Shown here in pieces: positions 1 through 12,089 of a DNA stretch of 64,000 nucleotides (positions within the stretch are counted from its first letter, which is position 1; the number at the start of each line of letters is the position of its first letter). A program made the translations under genes and the position numbers. The notes under the pieces were generated by a model. That model did not search any database and was not told where the DNA came from. It saw nothing but the letters and a program-made list of their open reading frames with translations. Origin of the DNA: Octopus vulgaris (Eukaryota); assembly GCA_951406725.2 (NCBI GenBank), contig OX597832.1:53630001-53694000 (forward strand), given 5' to 3'.

Positions 1-1895
1 TGTCTTGCAGCTCACCTGCGACAGACCGGCGTCCCGTCCAGGTGGGGAACCTATACGCCAAGGAAACCGGGAAACCGGCCCTTATGAGCCAGGCATGGCT
101 CAAGAAGGAACAAACAACAACATGGGTTGGATGGCTCGGCATGACTTGACAAGCCAGAGAGCTGTGTTGAACTTTAATGTCTATTTTGGCATAGCTTCTA
201 CTGCTGGATGCCTTTCCTAACACCGACCACTTCACAGAGTATAATGGACATTGTTTTTGTTTTTTTGTGGCACCAGCACTGGTGAAAACACTAAGTACCT
301 GCTGTGGTGTATGAGAGAGATTCGAAATAAGGACACCTACCTTCTCTTCGCTCAGATGGAGACCTCTTAGTGGTAATGGACCCTTCAACGCAGCCCAACC
401 CAAACACTAGAAATAGCAGCTGCTTCTCCCCTACCTTAACAACGTGTTCACGCGTCTGACTCCCTCAGCTACCTCAATCCAAAAGGCCCCAATGTTCGCT
501 GCCTGCGTGCGCGTCACTCCTGACCCTTCCTCTTCTGGTCAGCTCCCCAGCTGCTGACCTCATCCCACACCTGCAACACAAAATCCATCAACTGTGTGGA
601 ATATGGTATTGAGAGATATGCAAGTTTTATAGGGCAGGAGCTGTCTTGCTGCAGAGGTGAATACATGGCTTGCCCATCTGAGAAGAGCAAAAGAGATGTG
701 AAGTCGAGGTACATGATGAATATAAGCACACACACACACATATGTGTGTGTGTGTGTGTGTGTATAGGCAATTATGCAGATAAATTAGGTATAACAGCTT
801 GGGTTTGATATACAAAATATGTATATATGTATACATGTAAACAGGAAGAAAGCAAAGACTGAAGATTTCCAGATAATATTTAAGTATGAGTCACCATAAT
901 ATCTGCCTGCATAATATATCCCTCCAAACTCACATCAATATATATATATATATATATATATATAGGTGTGTGTATTAAAAAAAAATGGATTTTTTTTTGT
1001 GGCCGTTGCCAGTACCACCTGACTGGCCCTCATGCCGGTGGCACATAAAAGCACCCACCACACTCTCGGAGTGGTTGGCGTTAGGAAGGGCATCCAGCTG
1101 TAGAAATTCTGCCAGATCAAGATTGGAGCCTGGTGCAGCCATCTGGTTCGTCAGCCCTCAGTCAAATCGTCCAACCCATGCTAGCATGGAAAGCGGACGT
1201 TAAACGATGATGATGATAAGGAATGGCCTTATGAGTTTGGGAAGGATCTTTGATCCTTTTTTTTTTTATACTATATCATATTCAAACTAAAGGGTTATTC
1301 AAAAAGAATGAACCAATTTCATTACACAATATTTAATAAGGAAGAGCGATGATGATGATATAGATATTTATATATTAATAGATCAAACTTACACAGAGTC
1401 CAAACGACTGAGAACATTAAAGGGTAGGGGGTAAGGTGTTACATGTGCAACAGTTGTTTCGGGGGGAGGGGGCTTGGATATTTATCATAATGTGGATACC
1501 CCAAAGTATGCAGCCAGTAGTGGAAGGAAATAAGCATTGGATAAATCAAGCCTCTGACTTCAGGGTAGAAAAAAAAATCTTACATTTCAGATGATGATGC
1601 AGAGAAGTCTAAAGATGGAATGTTTAAAGATTCCACTTTTAAACCTAGACTTTTTATTGTCACGACATAAAAAAAAAGATTGTGGCCTTCAACCAGGAGA
1701 TGCATTGTGTTCTTGAGCAAAACACTTCATTTCACATTGCCTCAGTCCACTAGGCTGGCAAAAACAGGCAATCCTATGGCAGATCAGCATCCCCTCCACC
1801 TGGGAAATATACACCACAGAATCCAGGAATAGCCTTATGAGCTTGGGAAGGATCTTTGATCCCTTTTTTTTTAATACTATATCATATTCAAACTA

Positions 1896-2669
1896 CAGGG
1901 TTATTCAAAAAGAATGAACCGATTTCATTACACAATATTTAATAAGGAAAAGCAATAGAAAACTCCAGCTAAGTCACAAGTATTTACTCATAATCAACTT
2001 TTATTTCCTGTCTTACAAGTGTTCAGTATGGCCACCACCTGCAGCATGGGTAACAACAATGCAATAAGAGCTGGCAGAAATGTTAGCACACGGGCAAAAT
2101 GCTTAGCAGTATTTCGTCTGCCGTTACGTTCTGAGTTCAAATTCCGCCGAGGTCGACTTTGCCTTTCATCCTTTCGGGGTCGATAAATTAAGTACCAGTT
2201 ATGAACTGTGGTTGATATAATCGACTTAATCCCTTTGCCTGTCCTTGTTTGTCCCCTCTATGTTTAGCCCCTTGTGGGCAATAAAGAAATAAGAGAATCC
2301 CTCCCAGACGCATATCAGCATATCACAATCCACTGAGTTCTTCTGTGGCTGTCTAGTTGAATGCTTTATTGAAGTTTTTCCCTTTCCCTTCTATGTCAAT
2401 ATCTTCTGGAATTGCCTCGAGCAAAGCAAATTTTATTCTTTAGTTCCATAACAAACTTGCTTTTGATATGCTGATATGCATCTGGAAGGAGTTCTCTTAT
2501 CACATTGATGTTGCTCGTGCTGCAGGTGGAGACTACATTGAACACTTCTAAGACAGGAAATAAAAGTTGATTGTGAGTAAATACTTGTGACTCAGCTGGA
2601 GGTTTCTATTTCTTTTCCTTATTAAAATATTGCATAATGAAATCAGTTCATTCTTTTTGAATAACATTG
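1896..2669. mobile_element. Tc1/mariner-type MITE with long (about 200 bp) TIRs, interrupted by a SINE (about 2067-2290)
   Basis: TA|cagggttattcaaaaagaatgaa ... ttcattctttttgaataacattg|TA. Confidence 0.7.
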
Positions 2670-2720
2670 TATACCACTTTTGGTTCTTATGCTATTTCCA
2701 TTTCCATTTTATCTTTGTAG

Positions 2721-2807
2721 GTGTGTTAACTTAATTTTCTTTAATAAAACACAAGAAGATATTATATGGCGAGAAGAGTTCAATAAACTAACAAATCAAG
2801 ATGAAAG
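2721..2807 (+). CDS. CYB5R4: Cytochrome b5 reductase 4-like, internal coding exon (NAD-binding domain); upstream exons lie outside the window
   Basis: Acceptor tctttgtag|G, donor AG|gtaatt, phase 2/2. Translates CVNLIFFNKTQEDIIWREEFNKLTNQDER, resembling the CYB5R4 motif (V.L.FFNKTEDDIIWR..L.KL...D.R) from memory. Missed by the ORF track. Confidence 0.88.
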
Positions 2808-3656
2808 GTAATTCAATACTTTTTATAAATATCAATTTATTCATTAATGTAACTTATCAGTTTTTCTGTATTAGTTTTAATACAATTTTGTTTATTAGTT
2901 TATTTGAAGTTTCACCATTTCTCATTAACTTAGCAAACACGGTGGCAATTTCTTCATATCTGAAGAACATGAGGAAGAGTGGTACCAACCTCAAGTGTTT
3001 TTTTGTAAACTGGTCCATGACACTGCAACGTTTTCTGCCTGCACCTAGTAATTTTAAAGTGAGAGTTAATCCATGTACTCTGGTCCCACTCTTTACCCTT
3101 GGAGGTCTGACCACAGTGTTTCAGTGGGCTAAGATGGCTACGGTGACCAACAACCTTCCCCTAAGTTAATTGCCTTACAGGGCTGGAGTGCTCCACCTAC
3201 CCTGGAAGAGTGTCAAAGAGGGCACCAGACCAAATTCACTCCTTGATTTGCTATTAAGGTTGACTCTCCCAGCCTTTTCCTTCACAAGGCAATTGAGGGT
3301 TTGTGCTTGAAGTTTCTTCCATTTCATACTAACTTACCCATAGTTGGGACCCTTACAAGTGCTACTGCTCCAGGTAAGAGCAGACCTTGGAATAATAGTG
3401 GTTAAGAGGTTACTTCACCCTCCTGAAAACCCTGGAATTCCTGTGTCAGAGCACTCAATACCTGATACAGTTTAAATTCATATCCAGAACTTAGCAAAGA
3501 TAACAAGCCCATAATTTTTGCACCAAAGAAAACCAAGCAAAATGGTAGCCAAATGGTGAACTTGTTTGATTTTTGACTGCAGACATTGTATCATGTTCTT
3601 TGAAAATGTAAAACTACTTGACTAGGCCAGGATAGCTTCTGCCTCATTGTTAAGAG

Positions 3657-3736
3657 CTAAAATTTTCGTTGCATCTTGCAACCTTTTCAATAGTCTTGAC
3701 TATTGAAAAGGTTGCAAGATGCAACGAAAATTTTAG
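3657..3736. ncRNA. Perfect 39-bp-arm palindrome; each arm holds a minimal type I hammerhead motif with U3-A8 core
   Basis: Plus arm: cta-TTGAAAA-g-gttgca(aga)tgcaac-GAAA-att-t-tag; palindromic stem III AATT; stem I only 3 bp. Confidence 0.55.
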
Positions 3737-4045
3737 GAAAATAAAAATAAGAAATAATGGAAATTTTACCGGTGAGTGTGTTACATTATAAGGCACAAAA
3801 AGAAAATGACTCTCCCCAAACACAACAGAATAAGTAACGTTACATAATAATATACCATAGGACTTGTTAATTCCATAAACTATATAGATATATGTTCTTG
3901 AAGGAAATTAAATATCAAATTGTTCAGAATCAGCCAAACTCTGTGAATATTGTGAAGAATATACAAAGCAATCTAAAAGTGAAAGCTTTATAATAAAACG
4001 TTAACAGTGAATTAAGGATTATCTTTAAGAGTTCCAGCACGGATT

Positions 4046-4096
4046 TTTGTCAGTGAACAGGTCGCGGTCTTAAAGTGACGAAAATATTTTGACAAA
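4046..4096 (+). ncRNA. Minimal type I hammerhead-like motif with G3-C8 core, in a dispersed repeat (about 4040-4240)
   Basis: tttgtca-GTGAACA-g-gtcgc(ggtcttaaa)gtgac-GAAA-atatt-t-tgacaaa; same family at 14456-14800 and 39597-39718. Confidence 0.6.
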
Positions 4097-5624
4097 TTAA
4101 ACTTAAATGTTGAAGTGAATTGAACGGCTTTTGTGTGTTTCTTAAATGGCTTACAAACACCTTCCATGCTGCAACTGTTTTCGTTTCAGCACACGATCTC
4201 AGATCAAATCACTTGCTACGCAAGTACATCTCTGTAATTTAAAAACACCCTTTTTTGAAAAGTTGGTAGGAAATCTGTATTACTAGTAGAGTAACAATAA
4301 AGCAGACAGAAGAGAATATAAATAATCAAATAGATTGGACAGTTCACCATCATCATTTAACATGTGTTTTTTTTTTTCCATGCTGTCATGGGTTGGATGA
4401 TTTGACAGGATCTGATGGGCCCAAGGACTACATCATATTTCTTTATTGTCCGCAAGGGGCTAAACATAAAGGGAACAAACAAGGACAGACAAAGGGATCA
4501 AGTCGATTACATTGACCCCAGTGCGTAACTGGTATTTAATTTATCGACCCCGAAAGGATGAAAGGCAAAGTCAACCTCGGCAGAATTTGAACTCAGAACG
4601 TAACAGCAGACAAAATACCGCTAAGCATTTCGCCCGGCGTGCTAACGTTTCTGCCACCTCACCGCCATACCAAGGACTACATCATGCCACAGTGTCTACT
4701 TTGGCATGGTTTCAACTGCTGGATGCCCTTCCTAATGTCAACCACTTTACAGAGTGAACTTGGTACTTTTGTCACAGTGTTTGCAATGCAACCTGTTTGA
4801 AATCTGAGGGGCTTTGTTCTAACAAGTTATGAGAGAAAAGGATGGGGGCAGAAGCAGGTCCTTGCTGTAGAGGAGGTACATAGCTACTCACATTTAGGGG
4901 AAAGTGAGAATTGAATCAGTAGTAACTACAAATAGGTAAATAGTGGTGGAGAGGTATCCACCTTCAGAACTTCACAGTCACAAACAACTCATTTCTATCC
5001 AATTTCAATTAACTGCTGATTTTCATTACCACAATAGGGAGTATTCCTTGTATTGTTTGTCTTGTACTCTGTTTTTTCGTTGTTAAAAAAAGTCCGTTTC
5101 CTTGTTTGTTTTTATGTTTTCGTTTCTCGTTGTGTTTTACATTTATTTGTGATGTCCTGTACTCATATATATATATATGCATGTATATATACATATAGAT
5201 GTAGGTATGTACATATATGTATGTATGTATGCATATGTTTTATTTGTTAAATTGTTATTGTATGATTGAACACCTCGCGTCACTTTCTTATTTCTCCAAG
5301 TAAGTTTTTATTATATATATATATATATATATATATACTTTGTTATATCGAAGGGAAATGGAAATCATTAGAAATTTTCACTTCAGTGGCCTAGCATGTA
5401 CAAATTTAGTTCAAAGACTATGTATTACTCATAAAATACAGTGTACATTTAAATACATAAGAGGAATTGTAAGTTTTTGGATAATTTTCGAATTTTAAAA
5501 GTTGGCATTCTTTTTATTGCTGACGAGGAGCTGCGCCTGCGCAGTAGATTTGAAAACATTAGGATGTATAAACAAAAGGCATATAATTGATTGCCTCATG
5601 TTTATATATTGAATCTGAGGTGTA

Positions 5625-5696
5625 CCTGTTGATAACAATTTCACCTAGCAAATTGTCTTATTTGCTAAACCAAAATCAGAAACCAATTGGTCCAAG
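5625..5696 (+). ncRNA. Degenerate type I hammerhead motif (U3-A8) in a Penelope-like repeat (about 5340-5840)
   Basis: cctg-TTGATAA-...(internal hairpin tagcaaat/atttgcta)...-GAAAC-caattg-GTC-caag; base of stem II decayed. Confidence 0.35.
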
Positions 5697-5838
5697 AAAC
5701 TAGATGGTAAAAGTTTTTATTTTTTCATTTCGTTCCTTTCGGGATTTTATCCCTAATTTTGTGGTTTTAGAACCTAGCTGTTCTTTCTAGCCTGAGGAAT
5801 CTGATGAGTGGATTCCTCTTATGTGTTTAAATGTACAC

Positions 5839-5870
<32 letters not shown>

Positions 5871-5871
<1 letters not shown>

Positions 5872-6487
5872 ATCAAAAAGGGTAATAACATAGATTATTA
5901 TTACCAGTGGCCTAGCACAAAAGACGAATTAGTCATTAGAGAAAATATTATTCATATAGAAAAATATTTTTCATATAGAAATATAATTAAGGGCTCCCAA
6001 ATAAGGAAGCCTAGTGCTAGGGACACAAAAAGGGATAAATTCATCGAGAGTGAAAATCAAAAACATTTACCATTAACGATATATCCCGGACTGATCAGTT
6101 TCTACCTCTTTCTAGCAAAACAGACAGAATATGTTTGCCAAGGTCAGGTTCATCAGCGGGACGCCTTTGTTAATTCTAGATGCACAGAGCGTTAGACCAT
6201 GTGTCGATCTAAACATTTTGTAAATCTTAACTTTTCAAACCTCTGCGCAGACGCAAAATATACCCGGCGATATAGGGCATGCCGGTAAAAAATTTTACGA
6301 ACATCTCTATCAAGTAATATGTGAATATAATCAAAAAGAGTAATAACATAGATCATTATTACCAGTGGCCTAGCACAAAAGACGAATTAGTCATTAGACA
6401 AAATATTATTCATATAGAAAGGGCTCCCAAATAAGGAAGCCTAGTGTTAGGGACACAAAAAGGGATAAATTCATCGAGAGTGAAAAT

Positions 6488-6491
<4 letters not shown>
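5871..6491 (-). mobile_element. Penelope-like pseudo-LTR element, partial tandem (458-nt offset), between (TA)n tracts
   Basis: 5871-6061 is repeated at 6329-6491, flanked by (TA)n on both sides, and contains a hammerhead motif. Confidence 0.6.
6084..6161 (-). ncRNA. Type I hammerhead ribozyme motif, canonical core
   Basis: Minus strand: tcccg-CTGATGA-acct...aggt-a-GAAAC-tgatca-GTC-cggga; palindromic stem III. Confidence 0.72.
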
Positions 6492-6535
<44 letters not shown>

Positions 6536-6536
<1 letters not shown>

Positions 6537-7191
6537 TAGCAGTATCGCCCGGCGTTGCTCGGGTTTGTAAGGGAAATAACTATATAAGCATTTTTAGAGA
6601 GTTATAGCAAAAAAATGCATTAAAAATGGAATAAAAAATGATGGTAATTTTTTTTAAAATCGTTGACTCATCGTAGACATTTTTAGAGAGTTACTTCCCT
6701 TATATAATAGCGGAAAAATGCATTAAAATGGAAAAAATGATGGTAAATTTTTTTTTAAATCGTAGACTCATTGTAGACGCTTTCTTAGCCATTTCTGTTT
6801 TGGTGTCTTCAAGCCATGAAGTCGTTGTTCTAAAAGAACGCTGGTCTCCTTGACAATGCTTTACGACGTTGATTTCCTTACACTCCCTTCCCCACAGCTT
6901 CACGAGGGAGGGGAGAAGCAAACACAGGTGCAGGTGTGACCATGGACGCCAACTCCGCCGCCATCGACACACGAAAAAATATGCATTAAAATGGAATAAA
7001 AAATTATGTTAAATTATTTTTAAAATCGTAGACTCATCGTAGACGCGCGCTAATACCCAGACGGGCTCGATATGAATCACAACTATAAGATACCCGAATT
7101 TGGTTAAACTGCACCGCAAAATGTGGGAGTAGTTAGGAATCTAAATCGAAGGGGACAGACACTCACACAACTACAGTTTTATATATATAGA
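6536..7191 (-). mobile_element. Non-autonomous Helitron
   Basis: Minus strand starts A|TCTATATATAT and ends with hairpin cccgagcaacgccggg then CTAG|T; has internal repeats. Confidence 0.75.
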
Positions 7192-7269
7192 TATATATAA
7201 ACCCATGTCTGAATTTGTACTGGTTGATATTTTAAATATGTTGCATTTATGGATTTTTTTGTTTTTCAG

Positions 7270-7440
7270 ATTCCAGGTAAAATATGTATTATCACAGCCA
7301 GATAGTCAATGGTCTGGTCCTGTTGGTCATTTAGATGAGGAGCTGGCTAATCAGCATATACCTCCGTTTACTTCACTCGTTGATCAGAACATGTTAATCT
7401 GCGCCTGTGGTCCTTCACCATTCACTGCAAATACTATGAG
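7270..7440 (+). CDS. CYB5R4: Cytochrome b5 reductase 4-like, penultimate coding exon
   Basis: tttttcag|A ... AG|gtaaat, in phase with the previous exon. FQVKYVLSQPDSQWSGPVGHLDEELANQHIPP...LICACGPSPFT contains the FNR-family W.G..GH and CGP.PF motifs. Confidence 0.92.
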
Positions 7441-7623
7441 GTAAATACTTTTGTTGAAACCTCCTTCCTAATCATCAATATCCTCAATCAAGTTTATGTG
7501 TTTCAGCCCAAAGGCTGTGGCCATGCTGGGGTACTGCCAGAAAAAGAATCTGTAGATGAAACAAAGAGTAGCAATGAGCTCATCCAGGATTCCAACCTGG
7601 GACCTCTCACACCCAAATGAACC

Positions 7624-7849
7624 CAGTGGTTCCCAACCATTTTTTTACCTATTTTACTCAGGTGGATCCCCATAACCATTTGATGCTTAAAAAAACAGTC
7701 CTATTATATTTTTAGAGTTAAATATTATTAGGAATTGTATAAAGAATTGTTAAGATTCTTTGTATTGTGTGTTGTAGGAATATAACCAACATATTACTCA
7801 AAAGACTTTAACACCAAAATCTCCTACAAACTCTGATTGAGAACAACAG
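7624..7849. mobile_element. Decayed hAT (Charlie-like) MITE
   Basis: Starts cagtggttcccaa; degenerate right end ttgagaacaacag; no clear TSD. Confidence 0.4.
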
Positions 7850-7999
7850 CCCTTCACCAACCCATGTAGAGCATTTATTTATTACAGTTCCTTTAACGAG
7901 TCTCAGCCACATTGATTAAACCTAGTTCATTTTGACATATTTTAATTCTTATCATCGCAGGTATTTTTCTAATAAAAGTTTTTATTTGTATGTTTCCAG

Positions 8000-8054
8000 A
8001 TTAGCGAGATTACAAGGATACGGCGACCAACATATACATCCATTTTTAGGATAA
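8000..8054 (+). CDS. CYB5R4: Cytochrome b5 reductase 4-like, terminal coding exon
   Basis: tgtttccag|A then LARLQGYGDQHIHPFLG-TAA (8052-8054), a typical FNR-family C-terminus (L...G.....IH.F..). Confidence 0.88.
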
Positions 8055-8707
8055 TCCAGCATTTTTCATCTTGACCAAAGGGACACTCTCACTCCATGTA
8101 ATTGTTGTTTTCCCTCATTTAACCCCAGTATGGCGTCCATAATTGTTGTAACATGCTTACAGTTGCTCATAAAATACAGAACAATACTCCATGTTGACAT
8201 CAAAATGATGTTCCGATGACAAAAGAAGGGAGAAGAGAAAAAACACCATTTCAGTGCCAGCAATTGTTTTATGAGCATAGATTTCATAGGGCTGTAGTCT
8301 TTACGAGGGGATGAAGTGGGGTTAGAGGTTTTGTAGGCGTTGAATTTGCTGCCTGTTACTAAGATAAATCATATTTTCAGGTTGAATTAAATCTTTACTA
8401 ACATCTTAATTGAAAAGCCATTCATAACAGCTTGATGCAAAGTGAGCAGTGAATGCATGCAGTTGCTTCAGCTGCTAGAAATAGCAGTAAAATCTCACTG
8501 AAATCACACCCTACTACCCTAATCGAAGAAAGGACACAGTGAATGATGTAGATCCAGTTACATTACAAATAAATAAATGGCAGATGGTGTTGGACTGTCT
8601 TTCACCATTGGGTTGATTAGTCATGTCTGACATAGGATTTGAGAACAGCATGCAGCAGTTAAAATGATATTCTTTCTGTAAATTTGCTGTGATTAACCTC
8701 ATTGTTA

Positions 8708-8746
<39 letters not shown>

Positions 8747-9486
8747 TGTGTGTGTGTGCATGTGTGTGTGTGAACATCGGACTGTTAATAAACATTATAA
8801 ACAGAATTAATGATGTAATATTTTGATTCCAAAATTAAATCCTCCATTATTTAAGTCTTTCTTTCATATTTGGGGTGGCTACTTATTTTTTTATATCAAG
8901 GCACACACAGTACACATGTCTGTGCACTGAGAATTTTGCTTTTCAGCGACATGGTTCTGAGTTCAGTCCCACTGTGTGGCACCTTGGACAAGTATTTTCC
9001 TCTATAACTCTATTCTGACCAAAGCCTTGTGAGTGAATTTGGTAGATTGAAGCTGAAAGAAGCAGGCGGGGCTGCATGGCATGATAAGGTGGCATGGTTG
9101 TGTGGTAAGAAGCTTGCTTCCCAACCACATTGTTCTAGGTTCAGTCCCACTGCATGGTACCTTGGGCAAGTGCCTTCTACTATAGCCTTAGGCCAACCAA
9201 AGCCTTGTGAGTGGATTTGGTGGACAGAAACTGAAAGAAGCCTCTGTCTGTGTGTGTGTGTGTATATGATTGTGTCCGTGTTTGCTCCCCATCACCACTT
9301 GACAACCAGTGTTGGTGTATCTATGTCCTCGTAACCTAGCAGTTCAGTAAAAGAGACCAATAGAATAATCACTGGGCTTAAAAAATAAGTCCTGGGGTTG
9401 ATTTGTTCAACTAAACTCCTTCAAGGTGGTGCTCCAGCATGGTCACAGTCAAATGACTGAAACAGATAGAAGAATAAATATATCTA

Positions 9487-9530
<44 letters not shown>

Positions 9531-9582
9531 GTATAGTAAAGAATGGAGCTGAACGACGATTTAACCAAATTCCTTTATTTTA

Positions 9583-9666
9583 TTTTCGACATATGTTTCG
9601 AAGTCTGCAAAGTCCCTAATTCCAATTGAATAAGGAGTCCGTTTTGCAGCTTTCTCTTCAGGAAAA
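9583..9666 (-). ncRNA. Type I hammerhead ribozyme motif, canonical core
   Basis: Minus strand: ttttc-CTGAAGA-gaaagctgcaaa...tttgcagacttc-GAAAC-atat-GTC-gaaaa; next to (TA)n at 9490-9526; truncated relative at about 32215-32290. Confidence 0.75.
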
Positions 9667-9934
9667 TCCAGGAACTTAATTCTCCAACAAAATGCACAAC
9701 AAGCTTATCGACAAACGCTCACAAGGAGCCCATGAAATTAATGACACAAAATGTCTATCTATATGCGTTGATGCCAGGCTGGGTGAAAGCAGAAGAGATT
9801 GTCCGTTGAGATAGTTCAAGGTCAGAATCCGGTTGGCAGAAGGGGGGTACCGGAAAATCAAAGAGTGTGAATGTATTCTGTATGACTGGTGTTTATATTT
9901 GATTTATTTTAAGAATGAGTGCTATATATATATA

Positions 9935-10102
9935 CTTTATTTAAAAGCAGCAGAAATTCAACAAAACCTGTTACTCGGAGTTCCACATTCCCGTTCGTCG
10001 GACAGTTTTGCTAAAAAATTTTTTAGCAAAACTGTCCAATGAACGAGAATGTGAAACTCAGAGTAACAGGTTTTGTTGAATTTCTGCTGCTTTTAAATAA
10101 AG
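9935..10102. repeat. 84-bp-arm imperfect palindrome with a degenerate hammerhead (CCGAYGA core) in each arm
   Basis: Centre at 10018/10019. Right arm ctgt-CCAATGA-acgagaatgt-GAAAC-tcaga-GTA-acag; left arm (minus) ctgt-CCGACGA-...-GGAAC-tccga-GTA-acag. Confidence 0.7.
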
Positions 10103-10750
10103 CATATTACTCTACACCTGGTATTTGAGTACTCTTTTTTCCACCTTGTTTCACATTTATGTGTTTACTCCAGTATGTATATATGAATAAAAATGGAACA
10201 AAGGGCATTAAAACATTCAGACAGATGGACAACACAAAGGCGGACAAGAGAAACAACAATTAGAAGGACAGGCAAAAAGACGGGTCATTCTTGGCTTTCT
10301 TTCTTCAGTCAAGTCCCAGAAGTCACGACCATTTCGGACAGTTACACTTGAGATGGTTCGATCTGGTTGCCCCCAAAAGAGTCTAAGCTAAGAGCATTTG
10401 ACCCCTTTGTAAGAAAGCTAGCGAATGTATACGGCAACAAAGACAGAGAACATGGTACAGAATTACGAATACAAACAATAAGAAATAACAACAGGCACCT
10501 TTCGACTGAGAATGATTCAAATTGAGCTGGTGTGTATGGAGTGAAAGCGTAAAGGTAGGAACATGGGAGATGGACACAAGACGTGCTAGCAGTCGCCCTA
10601 AGGAAAAAGTTAAGATTTTTTTTTTTTTTGCCGATGACACTCCCTGGACCTTAAGTAAGGCATGTGTAAAATTTGAATGAAATTGGTTGTGTAGTTCTCA
10701 AGTTTTAGGGAAACACACAGACAGACACACATTCTCAGTTTTATATATAT

Positions 10751-10802
<52 letters not shown>

Positions 10803-10805
<3 letters not shown>

Positions 10806-11346
10806 AAGTATATTTGCCACTTAAATGTGGCTAACCACTAAGGGTGGGTGCTACTGTAGCTTGTAGCCCCAGGAGAACATTTTCTCCAGCTGGCTATTGA
10901 CACACTTTCTGTGCCCTATTAGTATTTGCAAGTATACTTCACATTGTCGTGCAGCTACTGTTTATACCTCGTTCAGAGATTTATTATTACTTGTTTACAC
11001 TTTTTCGAGATCAGTGACTTTTCGTCACTTGAAAAAGGATATATGTGTTTGCATTGGGAACCCTTCGCATCAAAGACCGGTGATTCTCATGCGCTGATGA
11101 CGGGTAAATACCCAGAAACCCTGGTCCATGCGTATCACATCAGGCCAACGATGGGAAGGATTGCTTCTCTTTGCAAATACTGATAGGGCACAGAAAGTGT
11201 GTCAATAGCCAGCTGGAAAAGATGTGCTCCTGGGGCTACAAGCTACAGTAGCATCCACCCTTAGTGGTTAGCCACATTTTGTTGGCAAATATACTTTACA
11301 TTGTCGTGCAGCTACTGTTTATAACTTGTTCAGAGATTTATTATTG
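10803..11346 (+). mobile_element. Penelope-like element remnant (5' inverted segment + partial direct repeat) with hammerhead motif at about 11088-11132
   Basis: 10803-10931 is the reverse complement of about 11171-11300; about 10933-10987 repeats at about 11291-11345. Motif CTGATGA-cgggt(aaat)accca-GAAAC-cctg-GTC with CpG-decayed stem I. Flanked by (TA)n. Diverged relative at 25580-25860 (hammerhead remnant 25604-25646). Confidence 0.65.
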
Positions 11347-11359
11347 ATATATATATATA

Positions 11360-11610
11360 TTGATTTGATGCATAATTATTACGACTTTTTTTCAACAAAT
11401 TTAATTCAACAAAAACAATAACAACATGTGACAAAAACATCTTTGAATGATTATTCCAGAGCATATTCACCATCTACTTCAATTACTGCTTCCCATTTGC
11501 TTGGCAGATGGTCAGACCGTCATTCAAAGAAGTTTTTGTTCAATATTGTTATTGTTTTTGTTGAATAAAATTTGTTGAAAAAAAGCCGCAATAATTATAC
11601 ACCAACCCAA
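11360..11610. mobile_element. Mariner-derived MITE
   Basis: TA|ttgatttgatgcataattattacgacttttt ... aaaaagccgcaataattatacaccaacccaa|TA. Confidence 0.6.
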
Positions 11611-11777
11611 TATATTGGTTTGGAACAAATGTTTGTATCCTTTTCCATTTTATGCAGTTTAAAAACATGCTTTTGTTTCTTGTGTGTTAGATGTATGCAA
11701 CGTATATATATTTTCTGAAAGTCGACATTTTAACATGTTGTTCTAAATGATTATTGTGTACATAGTTTATTTCTACA

Positions 11778-12082
11778 CTAGCAGTATCGCCTGGCGTTGC
11801 TCGGGTTTGTAAGGGAAATAACTATATAAGCATTTTTAGAGAGTTACTTCCCTTATATAAACCGAGCAAAAAATGCATTAAAAATCCGAAAAAATGATGG
11901 CAAATTTTTTTTTAAATCGTAGACTCATTGTAGACGCATGCTAATATCCAGAAGGGCTCGATATGAATCACAACTATAAGATACCCGCTTATGGTTAAAC
12001 TGCACCGCAAAATGTGGGAGTAGTTAGGAATCTAAATCGGAAGAGACAGACTCTCACACAACTTCAGTTTTATATATAAAGA
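11778..12082 (-). mobile_element. Non-autonomous Helitron (shorter copy of the same family)
   Basis: Same TC 5' end, 3' hairpin and CTAG end as 6536-7191. Confidence 0.75.
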
Positions 12083-12089
12083 TTTTTTT

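Noticed and set aside
2801-3169. 122-aa plus-strand ORF as part of CYB5R4
   Set aside because: It begins at the end of the real exon in another frame and runs through the GT donor into intron; no recognisable motif.
5801-5820. CTGATGAG as a hammerhead core
   Set aside because: No downstream GAAA-stem III-NUH or closing stem I was found.
10190-10500. Hammerhead in the repeat shared with about 45040-45320
   Set aside because: A minus-strand CTGAAGA is present, but no convincing stem II/GAAA/stem III arrangement follows it.
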